Below are positions 1 through 10,014 of a stretch of DNA of 64,000 nt, piece by piece. How positions within the stretch are numbered: the first letter of the stretch is position 1; each line of letters opens with the position of its first letter. The notes under the pieces were generated by a model, which saw only the letters and a program-made list of their open reading frames with translations, ran no database searches and was not told where the DNA came from. The stretch is from a virus (Duplodnaviria; Caudoviricetes), in the IMG/VR virus record IMGVR_UViG_3300026549_000063, positions 1 to 64,000 of that record; one strand, given 5' to 3'. The position numbers and the translations under genes are program-made.

Positions 1-82
1 TTATCAATATCAAGATGCAGCCCTCTAGAGGGTTGCATCTTCTCGCAATGAAATAGGCTAAATAACTATTAAGGTATCGATC

Positions 83-1771
83 ATGCCATTCGACTTTAAT
101 GCATTATTTCCAGGTATGGAAGCTATCGACTTCCAGAACAACTCTAAGATAGGTAAAGACTTAGAAGCTTTCTTTCAATCTATTTTGGATTTCAAGCAAA
201 CTATCGACTATTCCAAATGTGGTCCTAGCGATGGTGAAAGACGCTATTATAAAATCAAAAAGACTTGCGAATATGTTGCCAGCAGAATGACTGATTTTGT
301 TAAAATAGCTCGTGATGATCTTAATATCTGTATACGTAAGATGTGTGTATATGGCGGCCCTGAAAGAGATATTTCCGATAATATCTATTCATGCTGTAAC
401 ATCTCCGGTATGAATTTCGGTATGGCTATAAACAGCAGGCATGCCACTGGAGCTGTAGCCCCAGCCCCACAGCAGTTAGGAGGTAAAGGTATAGCGTTAG
501 TTAATCTATTCGCTGAACTAGCTAAGTATATAGACCTTAAAAACGGTAAGATGAAATCTACCCAAATGTCAGAGAGTACGATACTAAAATTATTTAATCT
601 TAAATCTCTTGACATATACGTAACTGAGATGGGCATAGATGCTAATACGCTATTCCTTCTAGAGGAATTTGTACCTAACAATATAGCTAAACCCTTTACT
701 GCTAAAGAAATAACTGCTTGCATATTACACGAATTCGGGCACATCATGGCTACTGTAGAGCATGCTGCTGATTTCTATGTGGTCACTGAACGTATCAAGA
801 ACTGTGCAGTTAATACTAAAGCTGAATCATTAGAAGAAGCAGACAATATCGTCAATACTATTGATAAGAAAGTACTTCCTGCTGTCCAGACTAAAATAAC
901 TGAACTTAAGAAAGAGAATAAACTTGATGTAGTGACTATAGGAACAGCTATAGCTGTAACTGGATTTCTAGCAAATCTTATATCCAAGATGCGAAAGATA
1001 ACTTGCAGTTCTCCTACCAGCAGCGTATTCTCAAATATCAAGGATATTATTCTCTCAGCTGTTAACGTTGTTATTCACGGACTGGTTACAGTAACAGCTG
1101 GGTTAATGCTCTTTGTGACTAATGCAGTAACACTGGATCTAGTTGAAAAAGATTATAACGAAGTTAATGCTTTCAAGGATTCAGATAGAAAAAATACCTG
1201 GAATAATGCATTCCTCGAAGAGCGTTGGGCTGATGAGTTCTCTACCAGACAGGGCTACGGTTCTTATCTTATCTCTGGACTAAATAAGATTAAGAAATCG
1301 TTTGCTTATGCTAAGATAACTCCCAGTTTAGGACCATTCATTGCGTACAGCAGTACTGCCGGTAATATCGTATCGCTATTCATCTGGGCAAATACTAAGA
1401 TAGATCTGCTAAACAAATTCAGAAAAGTTCATACCTATGAAGATCAGTTCTATCGTGCCAGACGTATAGTTCAGAATATGAAACAAAGATTCAAAGAAGA
1501 GAAGATTCCTTCCGCTCTTTGTGATACACTGCTCAATGAACTTAATAATGCCGAGAAACAACTGGATAGTATTAAGCCTATTGAGCATACCGGACTTCTT
1601 GAAGCTATGGGTAACGTAGTGGACAACATCGTTAACCCTGCTACCTGGTATGAGATACTCAAAGATGGTAAAATGAATAGAGATTTTGCTATACTTCAGG
1701 ATAAACTTGACGATATTTCTAGTAATAAACTCTATGCGCTATCACATCAACTTAGTAATATTCAACTTTAA
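83..1771 (+). CDS. Virion (head) protein with zincin-like metallopeptidase motif
   Basis: HEFGH motif with downstream EERWADEFSTRQGYG. The N-terminus ALFPGMEA matches the leaders of the head paralogs at 12642 and 35977 (putative G-M-E prohead protease site). Confidence 0.6.
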   Translation: MPFDFNALFPGMEAIDFQNNSKIGKDLEAFFQSILDFKQTIDYSKCGPSDGERRYYKIKKTCEYVASRMTDFVKIARDDLNICIRKMCVYGGPERDISDNIYSCCNISGMNFGMAINSRHATGAVAPAPQQLGGKGIALVNLFAELAKYIDLKNGKMKSTQMSESTILKLFNLKSLDIYVTEMGIDANTLFLLEEFVPNNIAKPFTAKEITACILHEFGHIMATVEHAADFYVVTERIKNCAVNTKAESLEEADNIVNTIDKKVLPAVQTKITELKKENKLDVVTIGTAIAVTGFLANLISKMRKITCSSPTSSVFSNIKDIILSAVNVVIHGLVTVTAGLMLFVTNAVTLDLVEKDYNEVNAFKDSDRKNTWNNAFLEERWADEFSTRQGYGSYLISGLNKIKKSFAYAKITPSLGPFIAYSSTAGNIVSLFIWANTKIDLLNKFRKVHTYEDQFYRARRIVQNMKQRFKEEKIPSALCDTLLNELNNAEKQLDSIKPIEHTGLLEAMGNVVDNIVNPATWYEILKDGKMNRDFAILQDKLDDISSNKLYALSHQLSNIQL

Positions 1772-1781
1772 CTGAACGCAG

Positions 1782-1813
1782 GCCTGTTCTCCTTAATGGA
1801 GAACAGGCTTTTT
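1782..1813 (+). terminator. Intrinsic terminator
   Basis: GCCTGTTCTCC-ttaat-GGAGAACAGGC followed by a T-run, just after the stop codon. Confidence 0.85.
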
Positions 1814-1832
1814 CGTTCATTAGTCCTTCAGA

Positions 1833-1842
1833 TATATATTAC
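1833..1842 (+). promoter_or_regulatory. Early (virion RNAP) promoter motif
   Basis: TATATATTAC, matching the recurrent TATATATYAY motif and the phiKZ early consensus TATATTAC. Confidence 0.7.
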
Positions 1843-1887
1843 TATCTTGGAGCAATAATAGGTTCTTGCATAGGAGGAAACAGTAAT

Positions 1888-3465
1888 GTGAGTAAAAATC
1901 AGGATTCGTCTGTAATTCGCAAGGAGACTAAGCAGTCGATACCTATCGTTCAAAACTACTTGGTCTACCATGCTGAATTCGGTATCAACAACTTCACTGG
2001 AAAAACTCTGTATATGCTTCATGGCACCGGTGAGGTTAGCAAGATCCCATATTTGGGACAGTACACAGATGAATTCGGGCAGCGTCTGAATAACGCCGGA
2101 GTACAGATCCAGTTTATTCGGAAAGGGCGAAACGATCCTGATGAAAGTGGTAACACTCGAGGGGTCGCTGACAAGAAAGACCGGACGTTGGTTGATATCT
2201 TTATCAGTAATGATAAACTAGGCAAAGTAAACAGTAACGGAGAATACATCGATACCCCGTACTACGTTGCTGAATTTGGTTTTGTGATATCTTTCAACAG
2301 TAGCCTAGATGTACTGAGACGGGCACATCCAGGTTTACACAACTCAATATCCAACTACGTAGCGAGTGCACTGAGAAGAACACCGGAAGGTACTTCTGGA
2401 GCAGCACCGTTGTACGTAATAGCTAATAGCCACAATACGTCTATCAACCAGATATATCTAATCATCAATGATTCTATTTGTACGGCCAAAGTCGGTCATG
2501 ACTTCACTGCAAATGAATCACTTGATATTTATGTATCTAATGGATCAGGGGATATCTTAAAATACAGTATGCTTACGTCTACAGGATTTACCGATTTGGC
2601 AGAGCCTGTAGAAAATTCATTCTGTATTTGGGGGGTGAATAAAGATGCCGTATATAAACGGCTAATGAAAATACAAAACGATAGATCTAAACTTCTAACC
2701 GAATCTGAGGTTAATGACCGAATCGCTAAAGCACTAGAAGAAGCCAACGCTAAGATCACTCAATACGAAACAGAACTTAAGACCGAGCGGACACGCTACA
2801 GCTTACTTCAAAAAGAACACGATACCTACAAGACTCAGTTAGATGAAGTTAACGAAAATGCTAAGAAGACGTTCGAGCAGAATATGCTCGAACGTAAAGA
2901 AGCTATAGCCGCTAAAGAAGCAGAAACTAAACAAATACAGCTAGAAGCCGATGCCCGTATCCGCCAGGCAGAGGAGTCAGCCACTAGGAGCAAGCAAGAG
3001 CATGAGGAGCGTATGCGGAGGTACGATGAAGACGCTGCTAGGCTCAAAGCTGAAACTGAACGACTAAAAGCTGAGAACGACGAACGTTCAAGGCGATATG
3101 ACGAAGATCTCAGGCAGGCCAAACTGCGTGAGGAACGTGAACGACAGGAACACGAAGATCGAGTTCGTAGATACGAAGAAGATCTGCGTAAAGCTAAACT
3201 GAGGGAAGAAGAGGAAGAACGAAGGTACAAGGAACGCATGCGACAGGCGGAAGCCGAAGCAGCACGACAGAAGGCTGAAAGCGAAGAACGCTGTAGGCGA
3301 TACGAGGAAGAACTTCGACGGAAGAAGGTCGAAGAGGAACAGGAGAAACAGAAAAACTCTAACAGGAACAAATGGTGGGAATATATAGCAACAGCCGCTA
3401 AGGCATTAGGGGCAATCATTACTACTGCAGCATCAATCTTTACGCTTTTAGCTAAAACTGGATAA
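1888..3465 (+). CDS. Conserved jumbo-phage protein with long charged coiled-coil/SAH tail and hydrophobic C-terminus (positionally phiKZ gp122-like)
   Basis: 525 aa, GTG start after AGGAGG. E/R-rich RRY(D/E)EDLR repeats and C-terminal WWEYIATAAKALGAIITTAASIFTLL. Lies upstream of the nvRNAP subunit. Confidence 0.65.
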   Translation: MSKNQDSSVIRKETKQSIPIVQNYLVYHAEFGINNFTGKTLYMLHGTGEVSKIPYLGQYTDEFGQRLNNAGVQIQFIRKGRNDPDESGNTRGVADKKDRTLVDIFISNDKLGKVNSNGEYIDTPYYVAEFGFVISFNSSLDVLRRAHPGLHNSISNYVASALRRTPEGTSGAAPLYVIANSHNTSINQIYLIINDSICTAKVGHDFTANESLDIYVSNGSGDILKYSMLTSTGFTDLAEPVENSFCIWGVNKDAVYKRLMKIQNDRSKLLTESEVNDRIAKALEEANAKITQYETELKTERTRYSLLQKEHDTYKTQLDEVNENAKKTFEQNMLERKEAIAAKEAETKQIQLEADARIRQAEESATRSKQEHEERMRRYDEDAARLKAETERLKAENDERSRRYDEDLRQAKLREERERQEHEDRVRRYEEDLRKAKLREEEEERRYKERMRQAEAEAARQKAESEERCRRYEEELRRKKVEEEQEKQKNSNRNKWWEYIATAAKALGAIITTAASIFTLLAKTG

Positions 3466-3494
3466 TTGAGTAACGTTTATTTGGTAGGTAACTA

Positions 3495-3619
3495 GGAGAG
3501 TCTTTTCTTGGTCGGGGTAGCCACTTGACGAGGAAAGTACTCTCTGATGTAAGAAGAAGCAGCATGGGTAGCCACTGTGCTGAATATTCCGATATCAGGG
3601 TAGCCACTTGATAATGGGA
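3495..3619 (+). ncRNA. Three-hairpin structured RNA element (identical 11-nt loops) upstream of nvRNAP gene
   Basis: GGGTAGCCACT at 3515-3525, 3566-3576 and 3598-3608, each closed exactly by a stem of different sequence. Confidence 0.7.
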
Positions 3620-3695
3620 GTAGACTTACTCGTTATTTATTAAATAAACGATGTATAGAATATGAAGCTTAACTTAACTAATCCTAGGAGTTAGA

Positions 3696-5339
3696 ATGAG
3701 CTTAAAGGAAGTTATCGACGACATCGATCGCAAGCTGCCGCAGTTTAATGACAAACTGCTACTTGACTACAACAAGAACCTGATCAACGGGTGCCGTGAC
3801 TACGTGGATAAAGTCTTTGCCCACGCAGTTGAGTACATTAACGACACCCTTGAGGATGCACGACAGAACAACAGTATCAACTCATACGGCATGTCTATCG
3901 ACACGTTCGTTGAGCAGCCGACTACAGTTGTAACTTACAAGGGCTCTAGAGTTCTGGGGCCCGTCGAGCAGGTCAAGTATGAGACTAACAAAGGTCTTGG
4001 TAAGGAGAAGATAAGCATAGAGCGTGACGAACGAATGCTCGTAGAGTGTGCGTTCGAAATCAATGGCGAGCCGTATACCACTGAACTCTATCTTCCCTAC
4101 TGGATCAACAACGGACTCATCATGAATGGCAAAATCTATGCAGTCAAGCACGTTCTGTGCGACAAGATTGTAAGACTAGCTACTGGTGATGGGATCATCA
4201 TGAGGGTTATGAGATCTCCTCTCCATTTCTGGAGAAATGAGGAGATAGTACTTAAGGACATCCACGGTAAAGAAACTTCTGTAAAGTACATCACTTGTAA
4301 GGCACACTACAAGACAAATACGAAGAAGAAGTATCAGCGTACTCCTCTCGTTTTGTACATCCTGGCAACATACGGTCTTACTGAAGGTATCAACAAGTTT
4401 GTTCCAAGCGGTTGTGTAACCGTTTGTCAGACTGCTGATATGGACGACGAGGATCATCTCTACTTCCAAGCTATACCTGGCATTTATGTTAAGTGTGAAA
4501 CTGACGCATTTGCTAGTACTGTTTGTAAGAGAGTAGTGGCATCACTGGTATATATCTTTAGAATCGCTGCTAAGGATATTACCGGATATGGAGATAAAAA
4601 GTTCGATAGTCTCTCTAACAAAGACTTGTACATTGCATTGATAGGCAGGATCATCTACGGAGAGAAATACTCATTACCCCAAGCTTATGGGCACGGTGAG
4701 TCTCATCTTCGTTCACTGAACACCTATATCGATGCAGCGTCAAGTGCCGAGTTCAAACGAGATTACAACATCACTATCAGGAACATCTTTGAGTTATTCA
4801 TCTTTGTCTTCTTCAATATAGATACATATCTGGCTGGTTACAGTCCGAATGATCTGTTTGAGAAGAAACTTGGTAATGTGGATAAGTTGTTACGGGATTG
4901 TATTACTTCTAATCTGTTCAACAAAATCTACAGAGTGTCTAGAGGTAAGGAGCTTAAACCTAAGAACATAGCAGATGCGTTACGCATCAAGCCAACTAGT
5001 ATCAATGATATCTACAAGGACGAAAGTATAGCTACCGGTACTGAGGCCTACAACGATGACATGCTATTCAATCAGCTATGTCACAAATTACTCCAATCCA
5101 GATCAGCTAAAGGATCTAAGAAAGGAAACGATAGCAACACAATTAACCACAAGGAGCATCAGTTCTCACCTTCATTCGTAGCCATTGAAAGTATACTCTC
5201 GATAAGTACCTCCAATCCGGGAGTAGCTGGAGACATCAATCCATTCGCTCAGATAGATGAGGATGGATGTTTTGATGAATCCAAGATGCCTTGGTACGAT
5301 CAGATCAAGGGACTAAGCAATCTCCTTGTTCCGCTTTAG
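3696..5339 (+). CDS. Non-virion RNA polymerase beta-subunit N-terminal part (phiKZ gp123-like)
   Basis: 547 aa. Recalled resemblance to gp123 homologs (LYLPY, SPLHFWR, C-terminal PS-x-VAIES...INPFAQIDEDG). AGGAG RBS and compatible gene context. Confidence 0.7.
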   Translation: MSLKEVIDDIDRKLPQFNDKLLLDYNKNLINGCRDYVDKVFAHAVEYINDTLEDARQNNSINSYGMSIDTFVEQPTTVVTYKGSRVLGPVEQVKYETNKGLGKEKISIERDERMLVECAFEINGEPYTTELYLPYWINNGLIMNGKIYAVKHVLCDKIVRLATGDGIIMRVMRSPLHFWRNEEIVLKDIHGKETSVKYITCKAHYKTNTKKKYQRTPLVLYILATYGLTEGINKFVPSGCVTVCQTADMDDEDHLYFQAIPGIYVKCETDAFASTVCKRVVASLVYIFRIAAKDITGYGDKKFDSLSNKDLYIALIGRIIYGEKYSLPQAYGHGESHLRSLNTYIDAASSAEFKRDYNITIRNIFELFIFVFFNIDTYLAGYSPNDLFEKKLGNVDKLLRDCITSNLFNKIYRVSRGKELKPKNIADALRIKPTSINDIYKDESIATGTEAYNDDMLFNQLCHKLLQSRSAKGSKKGNDSNTINHKEHQFSPSFVAIESILSISTSNPGVAGDINPFAQIDEDGCFDESKMPWYDQIKGLSNLLVPL

Positions 5340-5360
5340 CGAACCATTTTCGACGGACAT

Positions 5361-7472
5361 ATGCATATGGGATTTGTAACAGATACTAACCAGCAGTTTA
5401 ACTATGCCGGTAAGGCTCCGATACCGGAGCAGCCTCAGTCGGCACCTCAGCCGACGTACAATGGATTTCAACCTACCTATCAGCAGGCAGATCCGGTTAA
5501 CAGCAACATGACCAGAGTGGCTGGTATGGTCAGACCGCTCCTTCAGGCTTACATCGCTCAGGGACGTCTTAACCCGCAGGCAGCTAGCAAAATAGCTGAT
5601 TTACTTACCAGAGATGCTAACACCGTTTGGCCAGAGAATCTTGTCAGAACTTTTGGCAGACGGGTTTGCAGTGATCAGGAACTGAACAACTGGCTTAACA
5701 ACACGATCCAGTATTACAGCAACACGCTGGCTAATGCCGGAATGAATATTAGAGGCATTCCTCAGAACCAGGGATTTATGCCGCAGCCTCCTATGTATGG
5801 TAATAACATCCAGGGTGGCAGCATAGGCGTATTCGATCGGATGGGGTTCGGAGGTCAGCAGGGCTTCGCACCGCAGGCAGAGTATGCAGTTCAGGGTTTT
5901 GCACCTCAGCAGGGGTACGTTACTCAGGGATTCATTCCGCAGCAGGGTTACAACCAGATGAATACTGGCTATATAACTCAGGGATTTGCGCCTCAGCCTG
6001 GCTATGCTACTCAGGGATTTACTCCGCAGCAGTCAGCTCCAGCCAGGAACGCAAGCGCCGAGTTAGAAGCTGACATCAGACGTATGTATGGCGGTCAGGG
6101 ACAGCAGACTGCTTCTGAAACTCTTAGTCCGTTTCAGAGGCCTAGTGTAACTAACCCGACTTACAACAGCGAACCGCCAACAACTACCGCTACACCAATC
6201 AAGCCGGAGAACATCGCTCGGCCTCAGCCAGCACCGCAGCCTGCTCCTAGACCGGTTGCCCGGCCTGGCGACAGTTGGGTTCCTGCGCCTCCAGCTATCG
6301 ATTACAGCGAGAGTGACCAGTTAGCTAAGGATCTGTTTGGGGATAGCGGTACTGAACCAGCAGATGATTGGATAACTGTAGCTAGAGAACGTATCAACGA
6401 TAAGGTACGTCGTCTTATCGGCAGTATGACTATCCAGCATAAACCCGAAGACACTATGACTCCTCCTGCGGAATCCAAGGTCGTTACTGCAGATCTTGAG
6501 ATCGATGTTCCAGTTGAGTCTATCGCTCAGGCAGTTGCAGACATAACAGCTAACCACAAGGAGGCAACGAAGACCGATTCAGTCTACAACATCAAGGCTA
6601 AGATGGAGCACATCATCCGTCTTCCGTTCGAGACAGCCAAGAATGAGTACACTGCCATTCAGAGGCTTATCGATAGTGAGGTAGATGATGCCAGCAAGAC
6701 CGGTATCCAGGGTTTCAAGGATGTCATGAAGATAGGTATGGATGTGCTGCGTAAGATAACTTACTCTACCAACACGTTCTATGAAGGTATCTCAAGTCTG
6801 GTTCTCGATCTGTTCAATCATCAGTTCGTAATCAGTCTTGGCGGCATGACTGTAGAAGGGTATACATCACCTGCTCCTGTCAAGAACATCTCTGAGATGG
6901 AATGGGCACTTAACATGGAAAGCGATTTCCTTAAAGAACTCAAGGCCAAGGATGAGTATAAGTATTGCAAAGCTATGTATACCAGCCTTATGTCATCTAT
7001 CTTCTCCATCTGGTCACTGAAGGTTAAAGGATATAAGGGTTATCTTGATCCTGCTAACCAGGCTGATGCTCAGCTGATAGTAGTTAACAGCACTAACGGC
7101 CTGTCAGTAGATGGAGCACCCATCAGACTGCTTGGTACTGTCAACGTAGCTAATGAAGAACTTAAGAAGAAAGTAGATGCAGCTGTCAGAAGCATCTTCG
7201 TTCTGACTTATAATACCACTATCGTCATTTCCAACCTGAAACTTGAGACTAAGCCTAAGGTTAATGGAACTAATGATTTCGGTATCAAACTGATGGATAG
7301 GCATTCGTCTTATGCTGCACCGCTGGCTATGACTGTAAGTCGTCACGGTTATGCTAACGTAGTTATCAGGGAGGATAATAGTACGATAGATACGCCTTAC
7401 ATAGGCGGTCTGGATACAGACGGTGTATTCGTCATGAGAAAGATGCAGAGATGCACTCGTCAGAATAAGTAG
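5361..7472 (+). CDS. Hypothetical protein with Q/P/G-rich low-complexity N-terminal half
   Basis: 703-aa ORF with six QGF-x-PQ repeats; follows the nvRNAP gene on the same strand. Confidence 0.7.
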   Translation: MHMGFVTDTNQQFNYAGKAPIPEQPQSAPQPTYNGFQPTYQQADPVNSNMTRVAGMVRPLLQAYIAQGRLNPQAASKIADLLTRDANTVWPENLVRTFGRRVCSDQELNNWLNNTIQYYSNTLANAGMNIRGIPQNQGFMPQPPMYGNNIQGGSIGVFDRMGFGGQQGFAPQAEYAVQGFAPQQGYVTQGFIPQQGYNQMNTGYITQGFAPQPGYATQGFTPQQSAPARNASAELEADIRRMYGGQGQQTASETLSPFQRPSVTNPTYNSEPPTTTATPIKPENIARPQPAPQPAPRPVARPGDSWVPAPPAIDYSESDQLAKDLFGDSGTEPADDWITVARERINDKVRRLIGSMTIQHKPEDTMTPPAESKVVTADLEIDVPVESIAQAVADITANHKEATKTDSVYNIKAKMEHIIRLPFETAKNEYTAIQRLIDSEVDDASKTGIQGFKDVMKIGMDVLRKITYSTNTFYEGISSLVLDLFNHQFVISLGGMTVEGYTSPAPVKNISEMEWALNMESDFLKELKAKDEYKYCKAMYTSLMSSIFSIWSLKVKGYKGYLDPANQADAQLIVVNSTNGLSVDGAPIRLLGTVNVANEELKKKVDAAVRSIFVLTYNTTIVISNLKLETKPKVNGTNDFGIKLMDRHSSYAAPLAMTVSRHGYANVVIREDNSTIDTPYIGGLDTDGVFVMRKMQRCTRQNK
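5768..6032 (+). repeat. Coding tandem repeats QGF(M/A/I/T)PQ-x-GY
   Basis: Six imperfect copies seen in the translation and in the DNA (caggg(a/c/t)tt). Confidence 0.8.
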
Positions 7473-7495
7473 AAGTTATTAAGTTCTAACTAATA

Positions 7496-7540
7496 GGGAG
7501 TCCAGGTAGGCGCTTAGGCGTCTACCATGGACTCTTTTTA
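7496..7540 (+). terminator. Intrinsic terminator
   Basis: GGGAGTCCA-GGTAGGCGC-ttag-GCGTCTACC-a-TGGACTCTTTTT. Confidence 0.8.
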
Positions 7541-7561
7541 CGAAGCTCATTTCTTTTTACT

Positions 7562-7609
7562 TATATATTATTAAGATGAACAGGTGGAGCTGAAGCAATA
7601 TTCAGCTCC
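7562..7609 (+). promoter_or_regulatory. Early promoter plus 5' leader hairpin
   Basis: TATATATTAT-taagatgaa, then GGAGCTGAA-gcaata-TTCAGCTCC. Confidence 0.75.
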
Positions 7610-7642
7610 GTAATTTTAACATCGTAGCCAAAGGAGGCTATT

Positions 7643-8023
7643 ATGGACATTAACACTAACATTTTTGTAACTTTCTTCCTTGCAGCTCTTGAATTAATTG
7701 GTAAGTGCTACGTAGCTGTAGCACGGACCTTTACCAGCTGCAAGGAAGAACAGCTGACTGCATTTAAGTCAGCTGTGCTTGAGAAGTTTGCAGAAAGGGA
7801 AGAATGGTATTATACCATTGCCGAAGAACATCTCGGCGATGAGTTTGTAGCCGCCTTAACCGTACAGAGGGCTCTCTTAGAGGACCTGTTAAAGGTCTTT
7901 AATGAGAGCAAGCTCTCGTACGGAACTAAGATTTCTGCAGAGTTCCAGAAGTACTGGATGGAACTATGCGGAAAAACCATAAGGCAGTCCAGAGAAATCT
8001 GTGAGGTAGCTGCAGCTAAGTAA
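7643..8023 (+). CDS. Small early hypothetical protein
   Basis: 126 aa, AAAGGAGG RBS, own promoter and terminator. Confidence 0.8.
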   Translation: MDINTNIFVTFFLAALELIGKCYVAVARTFTSCKEEQLTAFKSAVLEKFAEREEWYYTIAEEHLGDEFVAALTVQRALLEDLLKVFNESKLSYGTKISAEFQKYWMELCGKTIRQSREICEVAAAK

Positions 8024-8048
8024 GCTTAGCCCCACAGATAAAGAAAGG

Positions 8049-8090
8049 GCAGGCGCACTCGTGAGAGTCCGCCTGCTTATTTTTTTTAAT
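8049..8090 (+). terminator. Terminator between convergent genes
   Basis: GCAGGCG-cactc-gtga-gagt-c-CGCCTGC followed by a T-run. Confidence 0.75.
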
Positions 8091-8097
8091 TTTTTGT

Positions 8098-10011
8098 TCA
8101 GTCAAGAAGTATAACTATATCCCTCAGATCAAGTTCATTAGAAGTTGTACCTGCAGTGATGTCATAGTTCAATCTGATAACGATCTTATCTTCTTTGTTC
8201 CTGTATATCTCAGCATTAACATATGCGGGTCTATCCTGATGAGTGAAAGAGGCATGACCCTTCAGTACCTCAGAACCCTGATTGAACCTGATGATAACCG
8301 GGAACTGGAATCCATTAACTTCTTCTACGTCTAACTTAATACCAGTAAACTTCCTGATGTTGCAGCTCTGGTCTATCAGTAAGTTATCGCTTATCTCAAA
8401 ATACTGCCAACCCTCAACCGGACGGTTAAGAGCTTTAGTACCTGCCCAAGCGATATGTCCTTTACGGAACGGTACTAACATAGATTCCTGCTTAGAAGCA
8501 TCGAGGAGATCACTCCAGGTAGAGGTTCCATTAGGAAGTAAGAATTCACTATCCTTAGGAGTGGTTACCTGAGTAGTCTCATCTACTAGCTTCCAGCAGC
8601 CTTCATTACCCGAAAGGTCTTCGATAGCTAATGTTTCCTGAACCATATTCTTTAGCTCAAATCCAAGCTGTAAGTATGCTCCAGTAGCATCGCCATCTTC
8701 ATCCCAAACTACACGTAACTGAGGCTGTATAGCTAAGTCTACTTTACCGTAATCTACAAAAGGAACATATCCACGGGGATAGTTCTCAGAGATGACATTG
8801 ATATTTACTCTATCATTTTCATTATTATTCAGATCTACTGATACTGCTGCAGTAAACTGAATATGACTTTGATCAGTTTGTAACCTAAAAGTAAAAGTAT
8901 CTGCTGTGCAAGGTGAGGTATCAGTACCTGCTACCTTATACAGACTAGCGATAGTGTACCAATGAAGACCACTCTTAGGTGAGTATATCTTCATATATGT
9001 GCATTTACCGTTACTGACGTCTCCGTATGACGGAACTCCCTGTAATCTTCTCATGTTGCTCTCCAATGTTTCGATACGTCTGAATAGCGAACTCATGATT
9101 TCAGTAGTACCGAGCGTATCCTCAGTAACTGTCTTCGCTTCATTAAGGTAGTTGATAACGTTATAAGTCTGCTTAAGCATCTCACGATAGTTATCAACAG
9201 TAACATCACCACCATAGGCGTGATAAGAAACTGTTACAGTACCGGTGATAGGAGCAGCTATCAGGATGAAGTTATATACCGGAGATGTATACGAAGTTGA
9301 TTTGGTTCTGGACTCATTCATACCAGCGATGAAGTAGTCAGTACCTAATGTTAATGTAGTATTTGAATCAGGATGCTTGACTACTACACTGTCGTAGTAG
9401 AACGGTCCACCTTTAGGCTGAATAACGAACTTCTTATTCGGAACATCGATAGTGTGTTCCTCATCAGTCACTTCATTATTAGGGTTAGTACAAGACTCAT
9501 CCAATTCGAAAAGGATGCCATCGTTAGCACCAACTGTCATAACGTCAGTAACGTCATTATTCAATACCTTAAGCTGCTCAATGGATTTAATCACATCAAG
9601 CATAAGCTCAGGTGTTATATTTAACGGTTCGTTGTGAAAGTAAGCTGTCTTTATCTGGTTAGGGTATAACCTCTGGTACGATACAGCTATAGTGTACGTA
9701 GTACCGGCAGTTACACCTTTAAGCATCTTGATACCAGAGCAGAGCGTCTTATTGAAACTGGGATCGATAAGCTTAGCTCCAGACATATCGTTATCACAAG
9801 TAGCGGTTAGCTCCTCAGTAACTTCATAGTCTGTATCGAATACCAGTTCCTGATTGGATACGCCACCTGAGATAATGTATACATGTATACTATCTACAAA
9901 GACGGTAGCTCCAAAATCAACTATCTGCCCGTATTTGAATATACGATAAATTTTATTACTTTCAGCGTAGTTAGATAATGAACCGGTAAGGTCCATAGTC
10001 AGATTACTCAT
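8098..10011 (-). CDS. phiKZ-like virion structural protein (gp128-like, tail/baseplate region)
   Basis: 637 aa, N-terminal DLTG motif and beta-rich sequence; last of three tightly spaced minus-strand genes. Confidence 0.55.
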   Translation of the reverse strand: MSNLTMDLTGSLSNYAESNKIYRIFKYGQIVDFGATVFVDSIHVYIISGGVSNQELVFDTDYEVTEELTATCDNDMSGAKLIDPSFNKTLCSGIKMLKGVTAGTTYTIAVSYQRLYPNQIKTAYFHNEPLNITPELMLDVIKSIEQLKVLNNDVTDVMTVGANDGILFELDESCTNPNNEVTDEEHTIDVPNKKFVIQPKGGPFYYDSVVVKHPDSNTTLTLGTDYFIAGMNESRTKSTSYTSPVYNFILIAAPITGTVTVSYHAYGGDVTVDNYREMLKQTYNVINYLNEAKTVTEDTLGTTEIMSSLFRRIETLESNMRRLQGVPSYGDVSNGKCTYMKIYSPKSGLHWYTIASLYKVAGTDTSPCTADTFTFRLQTDQSHIQFTAAVSVDLNNNENDRVNINVISENYPRGYVPFVDYGKVDLAIQPQLRVVWDEDGDATGAYLQLGFELKNMVQETLAIEDLSGNEGCWKLVDETTQVTTPKDSEFLLPNGTSTWSDLLDASKQESMLVPFRKGHIAWAGTKALNRPVEGWQYFEISDNLLIDQSCNIRKFTGIKLDVEEVNGFQFPVIIRFNQGSEVLKGHASFTHQDRPAYVNAEIYRNKEDKIVIRLNYDITAGTTSNELDLRDIVILLD

Positions 10012-10014
10012 TTA

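Noticed and set aside
2835-3419. 194-aa antisense ORF rich in Ser/Arg/Leu
   Set aside because: Shadow of the E/R repeat on the + strand; no RBS or promoter.
3515-3608. GGGTAGCCACT repeats as a mini-CRISPR array
   Set aside because: The repeat is only 11 nt, spacing is unequal, the intervening sequences form stems, and no cas genes are present.
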